Source: Ignavibacteriales bacterium (GTDB lineage Bacteria; Bacteroidota; Ignavibacteria; UBA10030). From it: DNA of 64,000 nucleotides. Position numbers and translations under genes: made by a program. The stretch lies in contig JACQBK010000044.1 of NCBI GenBank assembly GCA_016194505.1, positions 197 to 64,196 of the forward strand, given 5' to 3'. The notes under the pieces were generated by a model. That model searched no databases, had not been told where the DNA came from, and was given only the letters and a program-made list of their open reading frames with translations. Positions 1-10,342 of this stretch are shown here, piece by piece; position 1 is the first letter of the stretch; each line of letters begins with the position of its first letter.

Positions 1-323
1 TTTTCAGCGTGAGCCTCGGAAAGCGAGCCGCCAAACACCGTAAAATCCTGACTGAACACTACAACGTCGCGGCCATTGATTGTCCCGTGACCGGTTACTA
101 CTCCATCACCCAAATATTTTTGCTTGTCCAATCCAAAATCGCTTGAGCGGTGCTGGACAAACATCCCTACTTCTTCAAAACTTCCTTCATCAAGCAAAAG
201 ATCAATTCTTTCACGGGCGGTGAGTTTGCCTTTTTTGTGCTGGTCTTCAATTCTTTTTTCGCCGCCACCGAGAAGAGCCTCCTCGCGAAGTTTTTTAAGT
301 TTTTGAATTTTGTCTGTGCTCAT
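1..323 (-). CDS. Acyl-CoA carboxylase carboxyltransferase subunit (propionyl-CoA carboxylase beta / methylmalonyl-CoA carboxyltransferase-like). Only the N-terminal ~107 codons are present; the gene runs off the window start.
   Basis: Reverse translation from the ATG at ~321-323 gives [108 protein letters not shown], a typical PccB-family N-terminus. It is absent from the ORF track because the window truncates it. Confidence 0.75.
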   Translation of the reverse strand, partial: MSTDKIQKLKKLREEALLGGGEKRIEDQHKKGKLTARERIDLLLDEGSFEEVGMFVQHRSSDFGLDKQKYLGDGVVTGHGTINGRDVVVFSQDFTVFGGSLSEAHAE

Positions 324-487
324 AAATAGGTCTTTCGTTATCAAATGGTCGCAAGATGATGATCCAATATAGGAAACAGGTCGAGTTTAAGCAAGGAATG
401 GTTCTGCCTAGAAGAAGCAATAGTCCAACATTCCCCACAATAAATAGGAATATTGGACTATTTTGAAAACTCAAAGTGTATGCTGTA

Positions 488-3400
488 TTAAGCTTCTTGT
501 TCCGCGGTTTTTAGCTCGCGCTTAAATCGTTCTTCAAAAACGACGTATAATATCGGAACAAAGAAAAGGGTTAAAATAGTTGAAAATGTTAAACCACCAA
601 TAACCGCTATTGCCAACGGCGCTTGAGTGGATTCGCCACCCAATCCGATTGCCATAGGAATAAGACCGAGAACCGTAGAAAGAGAAGTCATTAAGATCGG
701 CTTGAGTCTCGTTCGGCCTGCTTTTACAACCGCTTCGTGAAGTTCTGTCCCCCGCATTCGTAAGTGGTTCGTATAGTCAACCAGCAAAATGCCGTTGCTC
801 ACCACAATGCCAACCATAACAATGATGCCTTGGAATGACGTAACGGATAACGTTGTCTCCGTTAAAAATAATGTCCAAAATACGCCGACTATACCTAATG
901 GGACCGTGAACATGATTATAAACGGATCGATGAGTGATTGGAACTGGGACGCCATGACAACATACACCAGCAAAATCGCAAGACCAAATGCAAGGAGTAA
1001 GTCCCTGAACGTCTTTTGCTGCTGCTCTACATTGCCACCGATTTTTACCTCGAACCCGGGAGGGATATTTATCGTGGATGTAATCCGGTCGCGAATTTCA
1101 TCCGCAACACTTCCCAAATCTCTGCCGCTTACATTCGCGGTTACGTCAACGATGCGCTGTTGATACTTACGGTCAATCTGGACGGGCGAATTCGTCTTCA
1201 CGATTGTGGCGATATTGCCGAGTAAAATTTGTTGTCCGCCTGCCGTTGTGAGAACAAGGTTTTTTAAGTCTTCAATGTTGGAACGATAATCTTCGCTGAG
1301 TCTCACAAGAATGTTATATTGATTTCCGGTTTGGGGATCGGTAAATTGAGACGCTACGGATCCTGAAATGCATGTATTGATCGTACCCGAAACCTGTGCT
1401 ATATTCACGCCTAACACTCCTGCTTTGTCCCGATCAATCTTAACGCGCAGTTCGGGCAAGTTATCATCCCGGCTCACCTGCACATCAACAGCGCCCTCAG
1501 TTGAGCGGACAATTGCAGCGATCCGGTTTGCTAAGTCGGAGCTGGTCTTAATATCGTATCCACGAATCTCGACATCTATAGGAGCGGAAGAACCGAAATT
1601 CAATAAGAAGCGCAAGAACCCACCCGGACTTACAAACAGCGTTGCGCCCGGCAGCTGAGAAATTTTGGGACGAATGCCTTTTATTATTTCGAAGACACTA
1701 CGCTTGCGTTCATCAGGCGGAACAAGTGCCACCTGAAGATTAGCCGCATGGCTGCCCGGATTTCTGCCGAACGATGTGCCACTGCGTGAACTGGGAACAC
1801 CGACATCCGTGATGAGCGCTTGCATCTCAGGAACGTCCGTTTTCAAGATTTGCTCAACCCGCCTGACGACTTTATCTGTCTCCTCGGAACGTGTTCCCAC
1901 GGGCAATTTCACATTAATATTAAACTGACTTTCGTCTTGATCAGGGAAAAATTCTGTCCCAATGAATTTAATGAGTCCGAGTGAGATAACGGAAATGCCT
2001 AAAATCCCGATGATAATTATTCGCCGATGGCGCATTGCCCACTTCAATTGTTCAGCGTACCAATTATCCATTTTCTCAAGCATATCGTGCGCGCGCACGC
2101 GAATGCGATCAGGAAGCTTATCGGAGTTGCGGTCAAACAATTTTTCTGGGGGTAGGTACTTCAAGCACATTAACGGCGTTACCGTCCGGGAAACAAAAAA
2201 CGAACCGAACAACGCTACGGTAATCGTAATCGTCAAGGGAATGAACAACATTTTTGCAATGCCACTGAGAAAAACAATTGGAAGAAACACGATGACAGTT
2301 GTCAGTGTTGAAACAAAAATCGGCGCTGCGACTTCCTTCGCCGCTTCGAGCGTCGCTTGCATCCTCGTCTGTCCGGGTTTTCGCTCATTGTAATGACGGG
2401 AGATAGCCTCTAACTCTACAATGGAATCATCTACAAGGCGCCCCACCGCAAGTGCTAATCCCCCAAACGTCATAATATTGAGACTAATACTGCCGAAGCG
2501 GAATAAAATAAACGTAATCAAAATAGAAAGCGGTATTGCGACCAAAATAATAAGCGTTCCGCGAACATTGCGAAGGAAGAGCAATATAATGATCATCGCG
2601 AGAAGAGCACCAAGCATCGCCTCACGCTGCAAGCCTGAAATCGTTTGGCGAATATACAATGATTGATCAAACGAAAGGGAGAGTTGAACCGATTGCGGCA
2701 CGCTTGCCAGAGTAGGCAGTGCCTTCAGCACATTATCAACAACCTCCACTGTATTTGCAGTAGCAAGTTTCTGAACGCGGAGAGTTAAGCCGGGCTTGCC
2801 GTTGACGCGAATAATTTCGGTCTCTTCCTGATAGGTGTCTTCTACAGTCGCTACGTCGCCAATCCGTATAGGAACGCCGTTGACGTTCTGAATGACAATA
2901 TTCCCCATTGGTTTCACGACGTTGAAGCGACTCTCCGTGCGTAGAGAATAGTCAAACTGTCCCGTGCGAAGATCACCTGAGGGAATAATCAAATTTGAGC
3001 TTGCAATGGCGGTCAAAATGCTCGGAACGGGCAATCGGAGAGCTTGCAGCCTGTTGCGATCAATCGTAACGTGGATTTCGCGAATCCTTCCTCCGCTTAC
3101 CTGGGCTGACGCCACACCGGGAATATGTTCTATTTGAGGCTCTATGATGTTGTACGCAACATCATAGAGATCGCGAGGATCAATATCACCGGAGACAGCA
3201 ATGTTACAGACAGGCAAATTCGTAATATCAAAGCGAAGGACGGAGGGCTGAGAAACACCAATGGGCAAGGAGTTGATTACCCTATTTACTCTCTGCACCA
3301 CGTCTATCAAACCAACGTCAACGTTGGCATTCCAATTAAAATTAACGCGAACTTGTGATACTCCCTCACGCGTCGTTGACCGGACATAATCCACATCATT

Positions 3401-3622
3401 GACGGAGCTGACGGTGCGTTCGATGATCGCCGTAACGGATTGCTCCATATCAAGCGGACCGGCTCCCGGGTAGAGAGTGACCGTTGTTACAACGGGTATA
3501 GAGATGTTGGGGAGAAGATCAACAGGAAGCTGTTGAAACGAAACAAAACCAAGGACTACTATTGTTAACGAAAATAAGAACGTAGAAATTGGATAGCGGA
3601 GAGCGAGTCGCGTAAGCCACAT
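488..3622 (-). CDS. RND family efflux transporter, inner-membrane pump (AcrB/CzcA-like), 1044 aa
   Basis: Length ~1040 aa with two large periplasmic loops and 12-TM topology. Characteristic RND stretches (e.g. GLALAVGRLVDDSIVELEAISRHY, and a C-terminal FTVPLGIVGVFW...VDY). It follows an adaptor gene. Confidence 0.95.
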   Translation of the reverse strand: MWLTRLALRYPISTFLFSLTIVVLGFVSFQQLPVDLLPNISIPVVTTVTLYPGAGPLDMEQSVTAIIERTVSSVNDVDYVRSTTREGVSQVRVNFNWNANVDVGLIDVVQRVNRVINSLPIGVSQPSVLRFDITNLPVCNIAVSGDIDPRDLYDVAYNIIEPQIEHIPGVASAQVSGGRIREIHVTIDRNRLQALRLPVPSILTAIASSNLIIPSGDLRTGQFDYSLRTESRFNVVKPMGNIVIQNVNGVPIRIGDVATVEDTYQEETEIIRVNGKPGLTLRVQKLATANTVEVVDNVLKALPTLASVPQSVQLSLSFDQSLYIRQTISGLQREAMLGALLAMIIILLFLRNVRGTLIILVAIPLSILITFILFRFGSISLNIMTFGGLALAVGRLVDDSIVELEAISRHYNERKPGQTRMQATLEAAKEVAAPIFVSTLTTVIVFLPIVFLSGIAKMLFIPLTITITVALFGSFFVSRTVTPLMCLKYLPPEKLFDRNSDKLPDRIRVRAHDMLEKMDNWYAEQLKWAMRHRRIIIIGILGISVISLGLIKFIGTEFFPDQDESQFNINVKLPVGTRSEETDKVVRRVEQILKTDVPEMQALITDVGVPSSRSGTSFGRNPGSHAANLQVALVPPDERKRSVFEIIKGIRPKISQLPGATLFVSPGGFLRFLLNFGSSAPIDVEIRGYDIKTSSDLANRIAAIVRSTEGAVDVQVSRDDNLPELRVKIDRDKAGVLGVNIAQVSGTINTCISGSVASQFTDPQTGNQYNILVRLSEDYRSNIEDLKNLVLTTAGGQQILLGNIATIVKTNSPVQIDRKYQQRIVDVTANVSGRDLGSVADEIRDRITSTINIPPGFEVKIGGNVEQQQKTFRDLLLAFGLAILLVYVVMASQFQSLIDPFIIMFTVPLGIVGVFWTLFLTETTLSVTSFQGIIVMVGIVVSNGILLVDYTNHLRMRGTELHEAVVKAGRTRLKPILMTSLSTVLGLIPMAIGLGGESTQAPLAIAVIGGLTFSTILTLFFVPILYVVFEERFKRELKTAEQEA

Positions 3623-3634
3623 AGAGAAATGCCT

Positions 3635-4687
3635 TTAGGGTTGAACGGATACGGATCCACCTTCCTTCACAAACTGCTGACCCGTTGTAATGATGTCTTC
3701 AGAACCGGTTATTCCCGAGAGAATTTCCGTTCGGGAGTCTTGTTCTATGCCTATTTGAACTCGCACGCGCTTAGCGATGTTATTTTCAACCACGTAAACA
3801 TAATCGCCAGCCTCATCATGGAGAACTGCCATTGTCGGCAGTGTGAGGGAATTTGGTTTCTCATCAATAATAAGCGATACGCTGGCAAACATACCGGGTT
3901 TGATGCTGTAATCGTTGTTCATAATCCTCACTTCGATAGCCATGGTGCGCGTCGAAAGATCAATGGCCTGACTGGCGTTGGCGACAAACCCTCCATATTC
4001 TTTTCCAGGGAGAGCATCAAACGTAATAATCGCTCGTTTTATCTTTGCAACAAGTGGAATATTTTTTTCCAAAACGTTGACGATGATCTTGACGCTATCA
4101 ATGTCCATCAGCGTGAAGAGCACCGAATTATTCAGGTTGACCAACGAGCCGACATCCAAAAACCGCCTCGTAATATATCCTGGAAATGGAGCGGTAATGC
4201 GCGCATAGCTTAACTTGGTCGCTGCTGCCTCATAATTCGCCCTCGAAACCTTCATCGTTGCCTCGGCGTTATCCGCATCTTGCTTTGAAACAAGGCTTTG
4301 GCTGAAGAGCTGCATTGTGCGCTGGTAAATCATTCGAGCATTAGAAAAAGTCGCTGAGGTTTGCTGCACCTGTTGAAAAAGTTCCGTCGAATCTATCACA
4401 GCGAGGAGTTGGTTTTGCCGCACCTTCGCACCCATATCAGCATATAACCGTTCAAGGTTCCCGCTCACCTTTGAGAAAATGCCTGCCTGGCGAATCGCCA
4501 AGACATCTCCATTAAATGTTAATTTGTAGGTAATAACTTCCCGTTTCGGCTTTTCCATACGGACAAGCTGGGCATTTTGCCGGCGATTATCCGAAGCAGT
4601 TTTACCGACAATCAAGCGATAGGACGCTAAACCTCCAACTCCTAAAATTACAATGCCAAACACAATATATTTTAGAATTTTTTTCAT
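3635..4687 (-). CDS. RND/efflux periplasmic adaptor (membrane fusion protein, HlyD/AcrA family), 350 aa
   Basis: N-terminal TM/signal, coiled-coil hairpin region, then a beta-barrel domain. It sits immediately upstream of the RND pump. Confidence 0.85.
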   Translation of the reverse strand: MKKILKYIVFGIVILGVGGLASYRLIVGKTASDNRRQNAQLVRMEKPKREVITYKLTFNGDVLAIRQAGIFSKVSGNLERLYADMGAKVRQNQLLAVIDSTELFQQVQQTSATFSNARMIYQRTMQLFSQSLVSKQDADNAEATMKVSRANYEAAATKLSYARITAPFPGYITRRFLDVGSLVNLNNSVLFTLMDIDSVKIIVNVLEKNIPLVAKIKRAIITFDALPGKEYGGFVANASQAIDLSTRTMAIEVRIMNNDYSIKPGMFASVSLIIDEKPNSLTLPTMAVLHDEAGDYVYVVENNIAKRVRVQIGIEQDSRTEILSGITGSEDIITTGQQFVKEGGSVSVQP

Positions 4688-4714
4688 AAAATTTTCATAA
4701 TGAAAAACAACACG

Positions 4715-5932
4715 TTATTCATACCGTAACGCATCAATAACATTGGATATGGCAGCTTTCCATGCGGGATAAATACCGAAGAAAATACCGACCATTGATG
4801 CAAACGCAAAACTCAGCACGATAGAATTGATTGAAATAATCGGGGACAAATTACCATACGTCGCAATAAGATAAGAAGCCAATATCCCCACAGCAATTCC
4901 GATACAACCGCCGACAACGCTCATAACAACCGACTCAATAAGGAATTGCCACATAATATCACGCTTGCGCGCGCCAATGGCTTTACGGATGCCGATTTCT
5001 TTTGTACGTTCCGTTACAGAAACAATCATAATATTCATAATGCCAATGCCGCCAACCAACAGCGACACAGCGGCAATGCCCGCAAGCAAGAACGTGAAGG
5101 TCTGCTGTGTTTCTTGGAATGTCGAAATAATATCGGCTTGGTTTCGGATGGTGAAATCATTGTCTTGCTCTTCGCGCAGTTTATGCTCGCGGCGCAAGAT
5201 GCGCTCAATATCGAAAAAGGCTTCGTCCATTTTCTGGTCATTGACCACCTTGGCGGTGATCTGCGAAAGATAATCTACGCCAAAAAGCCTCCGTTGTGCC
5301 GTTGATAACGGAACAATAATCTGATCATCCGGGTTCTGAAAACCGCTTTGACCTTTTGACTCCAACACACCAACGACTTCAAAATTTTGTCCCGCAATGC
5401 GGATTTTCTTACCAAGTGGATCAACATTCGGGAAGAGATTATCAACGACGCTTGAGCCAAGAACACACACAGTGGCAACGCCGCGCTCTTCCGAATGCGT
5501 AAAATATCTGCCTGCCACCGCTTTAAAGCTGCGAACAGTCTCATAATCCGGAACAGTGCCGATAATGCGCGTGCTCCAATTGCGATTTTCATATTTCACT
5601 TGGGCGTTACGGCTCAGTTCTGGAACAACCGCATCGACAGCGGAGACGCGTGCAGTAACCGCATCAGCGTCACTATTTTTCAAGCGCACGCTTGTTCCGA
5701 ATTGCACAATAACCATTCCCCCGCTTCGTTGAGCACCCGGGGAAACAAAAAGGAGATTCGATCCCAACGATTGAATGCGCTCAATGACCGCCTTTTGCGC
5801 TCCCTCGCCGATGGCGATCATCGTAATCACCGCCGCAACACCAATGATAATGCCAAGCATCGTCAACAACGCACGTAACTTGTTCGCGATAAGGGCAGAT
5901 AACGACGTTAAGAAGCTTTCTTTGAAATTCAT
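4715..5932 (-). CDS. FtsX/MacB-type ABC transporter permease (MacB periplasmic core domain plus 4 TM); no ATPase gene adjacent
   Basis: N-terminal TM, large periplasmic domain, C-terminal FtsX-like 3-TM bundle ending ...YPAWKAAISNVIDALRYE. The track ORF starts at a GTG (6004). The likely real start is MNFKESFLTSL (~5932), just after the stop of the upstream adaptor. Confidence 0.8.
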   Translation of the reverse strand: MNFKESFLTSLSALIANKLRALLTMLGIIIGVAAVITMIAIGEGAQKAVIERIQSLGSNLLFVSPGAQRSGGMVIVQFGTSVRLKNSDADAVTARVSAVDAVVPELSRNAQVKYENRNWSTRIIGTVPDYETVRSFKAVAGRYFTHSEERGVATVCVLGSSVVDNLFPNVDPLGKKIRIAGQNFEVVGVLESKGQSGFQNPDDQIIVPLSTAQRRLFGVDYLSQITAKVVNDQKMDEAFFDIERILRREHKLREEQDNDFTIRNQADIISTFQETQQTFTFLLAGIAAVSLLVGGIGIMNIMIVSVTERTKEIGIRKAIGARKRDIMWQFLIESVVMSVVGGCIGIAVGILASYLIATYGNLSPIISINSIVLSFAFASMVGIFFGIYPAWKAAISNVIDALRYE

Positions 5933-5942
5933 TATGTATTCC

Positions 5943-7520
5943 TTATCGCCTTCCTCCGCCACCAGTGCCGGTCGCGCTCCTTGCGGCGCCTCCACCCAAG
6001 CCACCCATGCTCTGCATACTTCTCATTCTGTCGTTCATTTGCTCCGCGGCAATTTTAGCGCGCGAGACCGTCGTTATTTGAATCTCGTCGCCTTCTTTCA
6101 AGCCATCGAAAACTTCCGAATAATCGAAATTGCTCGCTCCGACTTTAATAATCTTAGGAACGAACTGGTCTCCATCCTTCACGACAATCACACGTTGCTT
6201 GACCTCGTTTTCATTGCCCACTTGAGATTCTCTGCGCTGACGCATGCCGCCGCCGGCATCTCCACCGCCTCCAAACATCATAAAGCCTCCGCCGCCCTGA
6301 CCTTGACCATCGTTTCGTTGTTGCATCCGGTTCATGAGGTTTTGACGTTCTTCAGGGGACATTTTCGCCATGCGCTCTTGAAATTGTTGTCTCATCTGCG
6401 CTTGAAGTTTTTGACGCTCTTCAGGCGAAGCATTTTGCATCTTCTCTCTCATTGCGCGGAAATCCGTTCTAGTGCCACTGGCACTATCTGCGCTTTCTTT
6501 CTTTGCCGAATCGGCTTTTACCGCTCCTTCCTTCTTTTCAGCACCGCCATTTTGCTGAAAAGAGGCAAGCAACGCCCTTCCTGCTTCACTGCGGGGATCC
6601 TTCAATGCTTCATTAGGCACAAGCAATACCTGCTGGCGACGGAAAATCTCAATCTCAACCGACGTGCTCATCCCAGCTTTCAGCTTGCCTCCAATATTTT
6701 TGACGAGAATAATGACATTAAATGTAGTAACATTCTGTTGCGTTTTCCCTAATGGCGCAATCCGAACCACTTCACCTGGAAAAGAATCGTCCGGATAGGC
6801 ATCAGCCACGACTTTCGCTTGCTGCCCTACTTTCACTTTGCCGATATCAACCTCATCAACATTTGTTTCAACGTTCACTTCATCCATATTTGCAACCGTT
6901 GCAAGAATCGTCCCACCACCGACGTTGGAGACTCCGGAGGCAATGATCTGTCCGGGGTCAACGTTTTTGGTCAATATGACTCCTGAAGTAGGGGCTACAA
7001 TGCGAGTATCGCGTAAACGGTCTGCGGCAGAAGAAAGCGCGGCTTTCGCTTTGACAAGCTGGGATTGGGATCTTACGAAATCAACTTTTGATTGATCAAG
7101 TTCTTGAGGAGATATAAGCTTCTTTTCAAAGAGACCTTGAGCACGCTTGTAATTATTGTTAGATTGGGAAAGCGCCGCTTCTGCTAAAGCAAGGTCCGCT
7201 TTGGCTTGATCATGGTCATTTTTTGTCAAGGTCTGGTCAAGAGCTATTAACAGCTCTCCTTTTTTCACGGACTGTCCTTCGACAAAATTTAATTCGAGTA
7301 TCTGACCGCTTGCTTTCGATTTGATCTCAACCTTATTGATAGGCTGCACGACGCCGTTCGCCGATACGGAGAGATTGAGATCGCCCCGCATAACCTTTAT
7401 AATGCGCTGAACTTGCCCTGTCGGCACCGCTTCGACCTTTTTATTGTTGCCAAGGAAATAATACCCCAACCCACCGACAGCAACGACACCAATTGCAATA
7501 TAGATTATAAGCTTCTTCAT
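5943..7520 (-). CDS. Membrane fusion protein (MacA/HlyD family) with a long low-complexity Gln/Gly-rich insertion, 525 aa
   Basis: N-terminal TM, lipoyl/coiled-coil/beta-barrel adaptor architecture. It carries a ~130 aa insert with the repeated motif 'MSPEERQ(K/N)L' and GGGG tracts. Confidence 0.8.
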   Translation of the reverse strand: MKKLIIYIAIGVVAVGGLGYYFLGNNKKVEAVPTGQVQRIIKVMRGDLNLSVSANGVVQPINKVEIKSKASGQILELNFVEGQSVKKGELLIALDQTLTKNDHDQAKADLALAEAALSQSNNNYKRAQGLFEKKLISPQELDQSKVDFVRSQSQLVKAKAALSSAADRLRDTRIVAPTSGVILTKNVDPGQIIASGVSNVGGGTILATVANMDEVNVETNVDEVDIGKVKVGQQAKVVADAYPDDSFPGEVVRIAPLGKTQQNVTTFNVIILVKNIGGKLKAGMSTSVEIEIFRRQQVLLVPNEALKDPRSEAGRALLASFQQNGGAEKKEGAVKADSAKKESADSASGTRTDFRAMREKMQNASPEERQKLQAQMRQQFQERMAKMSPEERQNLMNRMQQRNDGQGQGGGGFMMFGGGGDAGGGMRQRRESQVGNENEVKQRVIVVKDGDQFVPKIIKVGASNFDYSEVFDGLKEGDEIQITTVSRAKIAAEQMNDRMRSMQSMGGLGGGAARSATGTGGGGRR

Positions 7521-7581
7521 ACAAAAAAACTCCTCGAATAAGATTACGGTAAACTATTCAATTCGATCATTGCGGAAACAA

Positions 7582-7974
7582 TCAATCCTTTTTTTCGGCT
7601 TCGCGCTTCTTCGCTTCGCGCTCCTCTTGTTTTCTAATACGTTCATCATACAGCTTGTTCTGTTCGGGCGTCAGCAGCTTACGGATTTCCAACCGAAGCG
7701 TATCCTTGTGAAGTTTGTAGATATCCACAAATTGTTTTTGGATGACGCTGATTTTATCTCGATTAAATTCAAGAATGGAATCCACCTGCACCTCCTGTCC
7801 CGGAGTCAGCTTCAGATCCTTGGCAAATTGTTTTCGGAACTCAGCCCTGCTTGGACGGCTACCGGTTTCCGGACCTGCAAAATATGTACGACCAATAAAT
7901 CCACCGGCAACAGCACCAAGCAAAAAGCTAAGGATAATAAACAGAAAGGTCTTGGTTTTAAGTTCCATGGACAC
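7582..7974 (-). CDS. Periplasmic LTXXQ-motif protein (Spy/CpxP/ZraP family stress chaperone-like), 130 aa
   Basis: Signal/TM, two LTxxQ motifs (LTPGQ, LTPEQ), Lys/Glu-rich helical tail. Confidence 0.6.
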   Translation of the reverse strand: MSMELKTKTFLFIILSFLLGAVAGGFIGRTYFAGPETGSRPSRAEFRKQFAKDLKLTPGQEVQVDSILEFNRDKISVIQKQFVDIYKLHKDTLRLEIRKLLTPEQNKLYDERIRKQEEREAKKREAEKKD

Positions 7975-7979
7975 ACCTT

Positions 7980-8435
7980 TTATTTAGACATGGCGGCATA
8001 TAAAATGTCGTCTTTAGAGATTTCACTCTGAGGAGTGAGAACTTGTATACTTACTGAATCCTGATGCTCTGCTCTTAAATAGCGATCCATCGTAACGGTC
8101 TGTTCAGGTTGGAAAAGACTTCCTAACCCAACGAGACAGCTAACGACAATAAAAAGTCCGAGGATGAGTCTTCGAGCGAAAACTTCGGGTCCCAGCCAGA
8201 GCACAGCGCCTTCCTGTTCCTGCCTGATTCGGCGTACAACGGATTGCGTAAAATTGCCCGAAAGCTCAAAATTCCCTCCAGCGTGAATGTGCGATTTGAC
8301 AGTATGGAAAATTTGTAGCCGTTGTTTACACTCATCGCAGCCTTCTACATGTCGCTCGATCTGGAGCTTCTCATCTGCCGATAATTCGTTATCAAGATAT
8401 GATGAGAGCAATTGTTGAAAATATTTGTGGCTCAT
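7980..8435 (-). CDS. Anti-sigma factor, zf-HC2 type (zinc-finger, single TM)
   Basis: HVEGCDECKQRL has the H-x3-C-x2-C signature. A C-terminal TM helix follows. The start overlaps the stop of the upstream ECF sigma gene (8432-8435). Confidence 0.65.
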   Translation of the reverse strand: MSHKYFQQLLSSYLDNELSADEKLQIERHVEGCDECKQRLQIFHTVKSHIHAGGNFELSGNFTQSVVRRIRQEQEGAVLWLGPEVFARRLILGLFIVVSCLVGLGSLFQPEQTVTMDRYLRAEHQDSVSIQVLTPQSEISKDDILYAAMSK

Positions 8436-9040
8436 AACCGCTCCTTAAAATAGTCCTTGAGCAATTCCCGCAATTCTTCACGCGCGCGAAAGATCCTGGA
8501 TTTTACCGCTTGCGTTGAAATATGTAACGTTTTTGCTATTTGCTCGTATGTTAGGTCTTCGTATTCTCTCAGCACAATCACTGTCCGATGGACTGGCGAA
8601 AGCTTTTGCAGCGCGTCCAGTATAACTTGGCTTTTCTCTTTGCCGAGCATCCCGTCGGCTGCCGAAATCTGACTCTTGTTTTTTTTCTCTTCCTCGAGCT
8701 TGCCTTCCGAAAAAAACTCCAGCGAGAGCGTCCGCTTTATTTTTTTTCGCCGAATCTCGTCAATGCAAAGATTCACCACTATACGGTAAATCCAAGAATA
8801 TAAGGAAGCATCGCGTTCAAACTTTGCCAACGACTTATAGACGCGAATAAAGACTTCCTGCGATACATCCTCTACTTCATCACGATTGCCGAGCGTCAAA
8901 TAAATGATGTTTGCCACCTGGCGCTGGTACCGACGAACAAGCTCTTCAAAAGCTTTTTCATCTCCACCACGAAAGGCTTCTACAAGCTGGTAATCATCAA
9001 CTATCTGTTTCACGTCGGTCAATAGATAAACGAACAGCAA
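8432..9040 (-). CDS. ECF (group IV) sigma-70 factor, RpoE-like, 202 aa
   Basis: Sigma-70 region 2 (YRIVVNLCIDEIRRKK) and region 4 helix-turn-helix (LTYEQIAKTLHISTQAVKSRIFRAREEL). Co-transcribed with its anti-sigma factor. Confidence 0.9.
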   Translation of the reverse strand: MLFVYLLTDVKQIVDDYQLVEAFRGGDEKAFEELVRRYQRQVANIIYLTLGNRDEVEDVSQEVFIRVYKSLAKFERDASLYSWIYRIVVNLCIDEIRRKKIKRTLSLEFFSEGKLEEEKKNKSQISAADGMLGKEKSQVILDALQKLSPVHRTVIVLREYEDLTYEQIAKTLHISTQAVKSRIFRAREELRELLKDYFKERL

Positions 9041-9108
9041 TGGAGAAAGTTTCTCAGCGCCAATTCGATGTATTCTCAGGCGAAAGGTTTAAAATAAGGC
9101 AAATCTTG

Positions 9109-9150
9109 CAAAAATAAAAAACCCACCCCCTTGAAGGGAATGGGCAAAAT
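9109..9150 (-). terminator. Probable rho-independent terminator downstream of mnmA
   Basis: On the minus strand an imperfect GC stem (cccattccc..gggggtggg) is followed by a TTTTTTATTTTTT run. Confidence 0.45.
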
Positions 9151-9171
9151 GGGGAGCTCGTGCACCATCAA

Positions 9172-10281
9172 TTATCCTACTACCTTATCAATAATAGCTC
9201 CTCCTACAACATCGTCCCCATCATAGAGTACGACTGATTGTCCCGGCGTTATAGCCCTTTTCGGCTCATCGAAGACTACCCGAATTGCGTTTTGAGGCTC
9301 TAAGAACACTTTGGCGAGTGTCGCTTCATCCTTATAACGAACCTTTGCCTGAATAGGCATACCCTCCGTCAATTCTGAACGCCCAATGAGATTGACCCTG
9401 CTGGCGAGCAATGTTCGCCGCAGCAAATCGCCATCGTTGCCTATATGGATGGCATTGTTCTCACTATCGATTTCAGTAACATAGACACGCTCGCCAAACG
9501 CACCAATCCCCTTGCGCTGACCGATAGTATAGAACGGAAAACCGCGGTGCTTTCCTACCACTTCACCGTTGCGTACGATATTGCCGCCGGCAATTTCTGT
9601 TTCAAGCTCGGAAACCTGTTCTTTTAAAAACCGTTCATAGTTGTTATCGGCAACGAAGCAAATTTCGAAGCTTTCTTGTTTTTCAGCAGTGCGCAATCCA
9701 AATTGCTGGGCAAGCTTCCGGACTTCAGGCTTGGACATTCCGCCGAGAGGGAACATGGTCTTGCTTAATGCTTGTTGCGAAACAGCCCACAGTGCATAGG
9801 ACTGGTCTTTCAACTCGTTAACGGATTTTGAAACGACATAGCGGTTGTACGTCGAATCGAACCTGATGCGCGCATAATGACCTGTTGCGATGTAATCGGC
9901 TCCGATCGCTTCCGCTTTGCGAAGAAGCTCACCCCATTTTATTTCCCGGTTGCAGATGACACAAGGATTGGGAGTCCGACCATGCATGTACTCATCAACA
10001 AAATTTTTGATCACTTCGCGGCCGAACGTTTCCCGAAAATCAACGACATAGTGCGGAATACCAAGCTTCGCGGCAACCATGCGAGCATCGTTCATGGCGC
10101 CAAGCCCACAGCAGCTTGTTTCGTTGGTAACGTTCCCTCCAACTTCATCAAAGTCGTACGTCTTCATCGTTACGCCGATGACGTTGTACCCTTGCTCAAG
10201 CAACAAAGCGGCAGTGACGGAAGAATCCACTCCACCGCTCATACCAACAACGACCGTAATATTGTTTTTTGAACCCTTCAT
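9172..10281 (-). CDS. mnmA: tRNA-specific 2-thiouridylase MnmA
   Basis: PP-loop motif VVGMSGGVDSSV and conserved C-terminal domains. The real start is MKGSKNNITVVV at ~10281. The 438-aa track ORF is an upstream in-frame extension through a structured non-coding region. Confidence 0.9.
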   Translation of the reverse strand: MKGSKNNITVVVGMSGGVDSSVTAALLLEQGYNVIGVTMKTYDFDEVGGNVTNETSCCGLGAMNDARMVAAKLGIPHYVVDFRETFGREVIKNFVDEYMHGRTPNPCVICNREIKWGELLRKAEAIGADYIATGHYARIRFDSTYNRYVVSKSVNELKDQSYALWAVSQQALSKTMFPLGGMSKPEVRKLAQQFGLRTAEKQESFEICFVADNNYERFLKEQVSELETEIAGGNIVRNGEVVGKHRGFPFYTIGQRKGIGAFGERVYVTEIDSENNAIHIGNDGDLLRRTLLASRVNLIGRSELTEGMPIQAKVRYKDEATLAKVFLEPQNAIRVVFDEPKRAITPGQSVVLYDGDDVVGGAIIDKVVG

Positions 10282-10342
10282 AGAACCAAAATACGAAAAA
10301 ATTAAGGGAGGTGCAAAGGGGCTTATGTCCGAACATACTGGG

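Noticed and set aside
124-306. 60-aa plus-strand ORF at the window start
   Set aside because: It lies antisense within the clearly recognisable pccB-like N-terminal coding region on the minus strand.
420-470. Hairpin tagtccaa..ttggacta followed by TTTT on the plus strand as a terminator
   Set aside because: Both neighbouring genes are on the minus strand. On the minus strand the hairpin is not followed by a U-tract, so terminator function is unsupported.
5775-6752. 325-aa plus-strand ORF (and similar long antisense ORFs, e.g. 19235-19942, 10079-10576, 33692-34285)
   Set aside because: Low-complexity or atypical translations lying entirely antisense to confidently identified genes (MFP, sdaAA, mnmA leader, ubiD). 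These are shadow ORFs.
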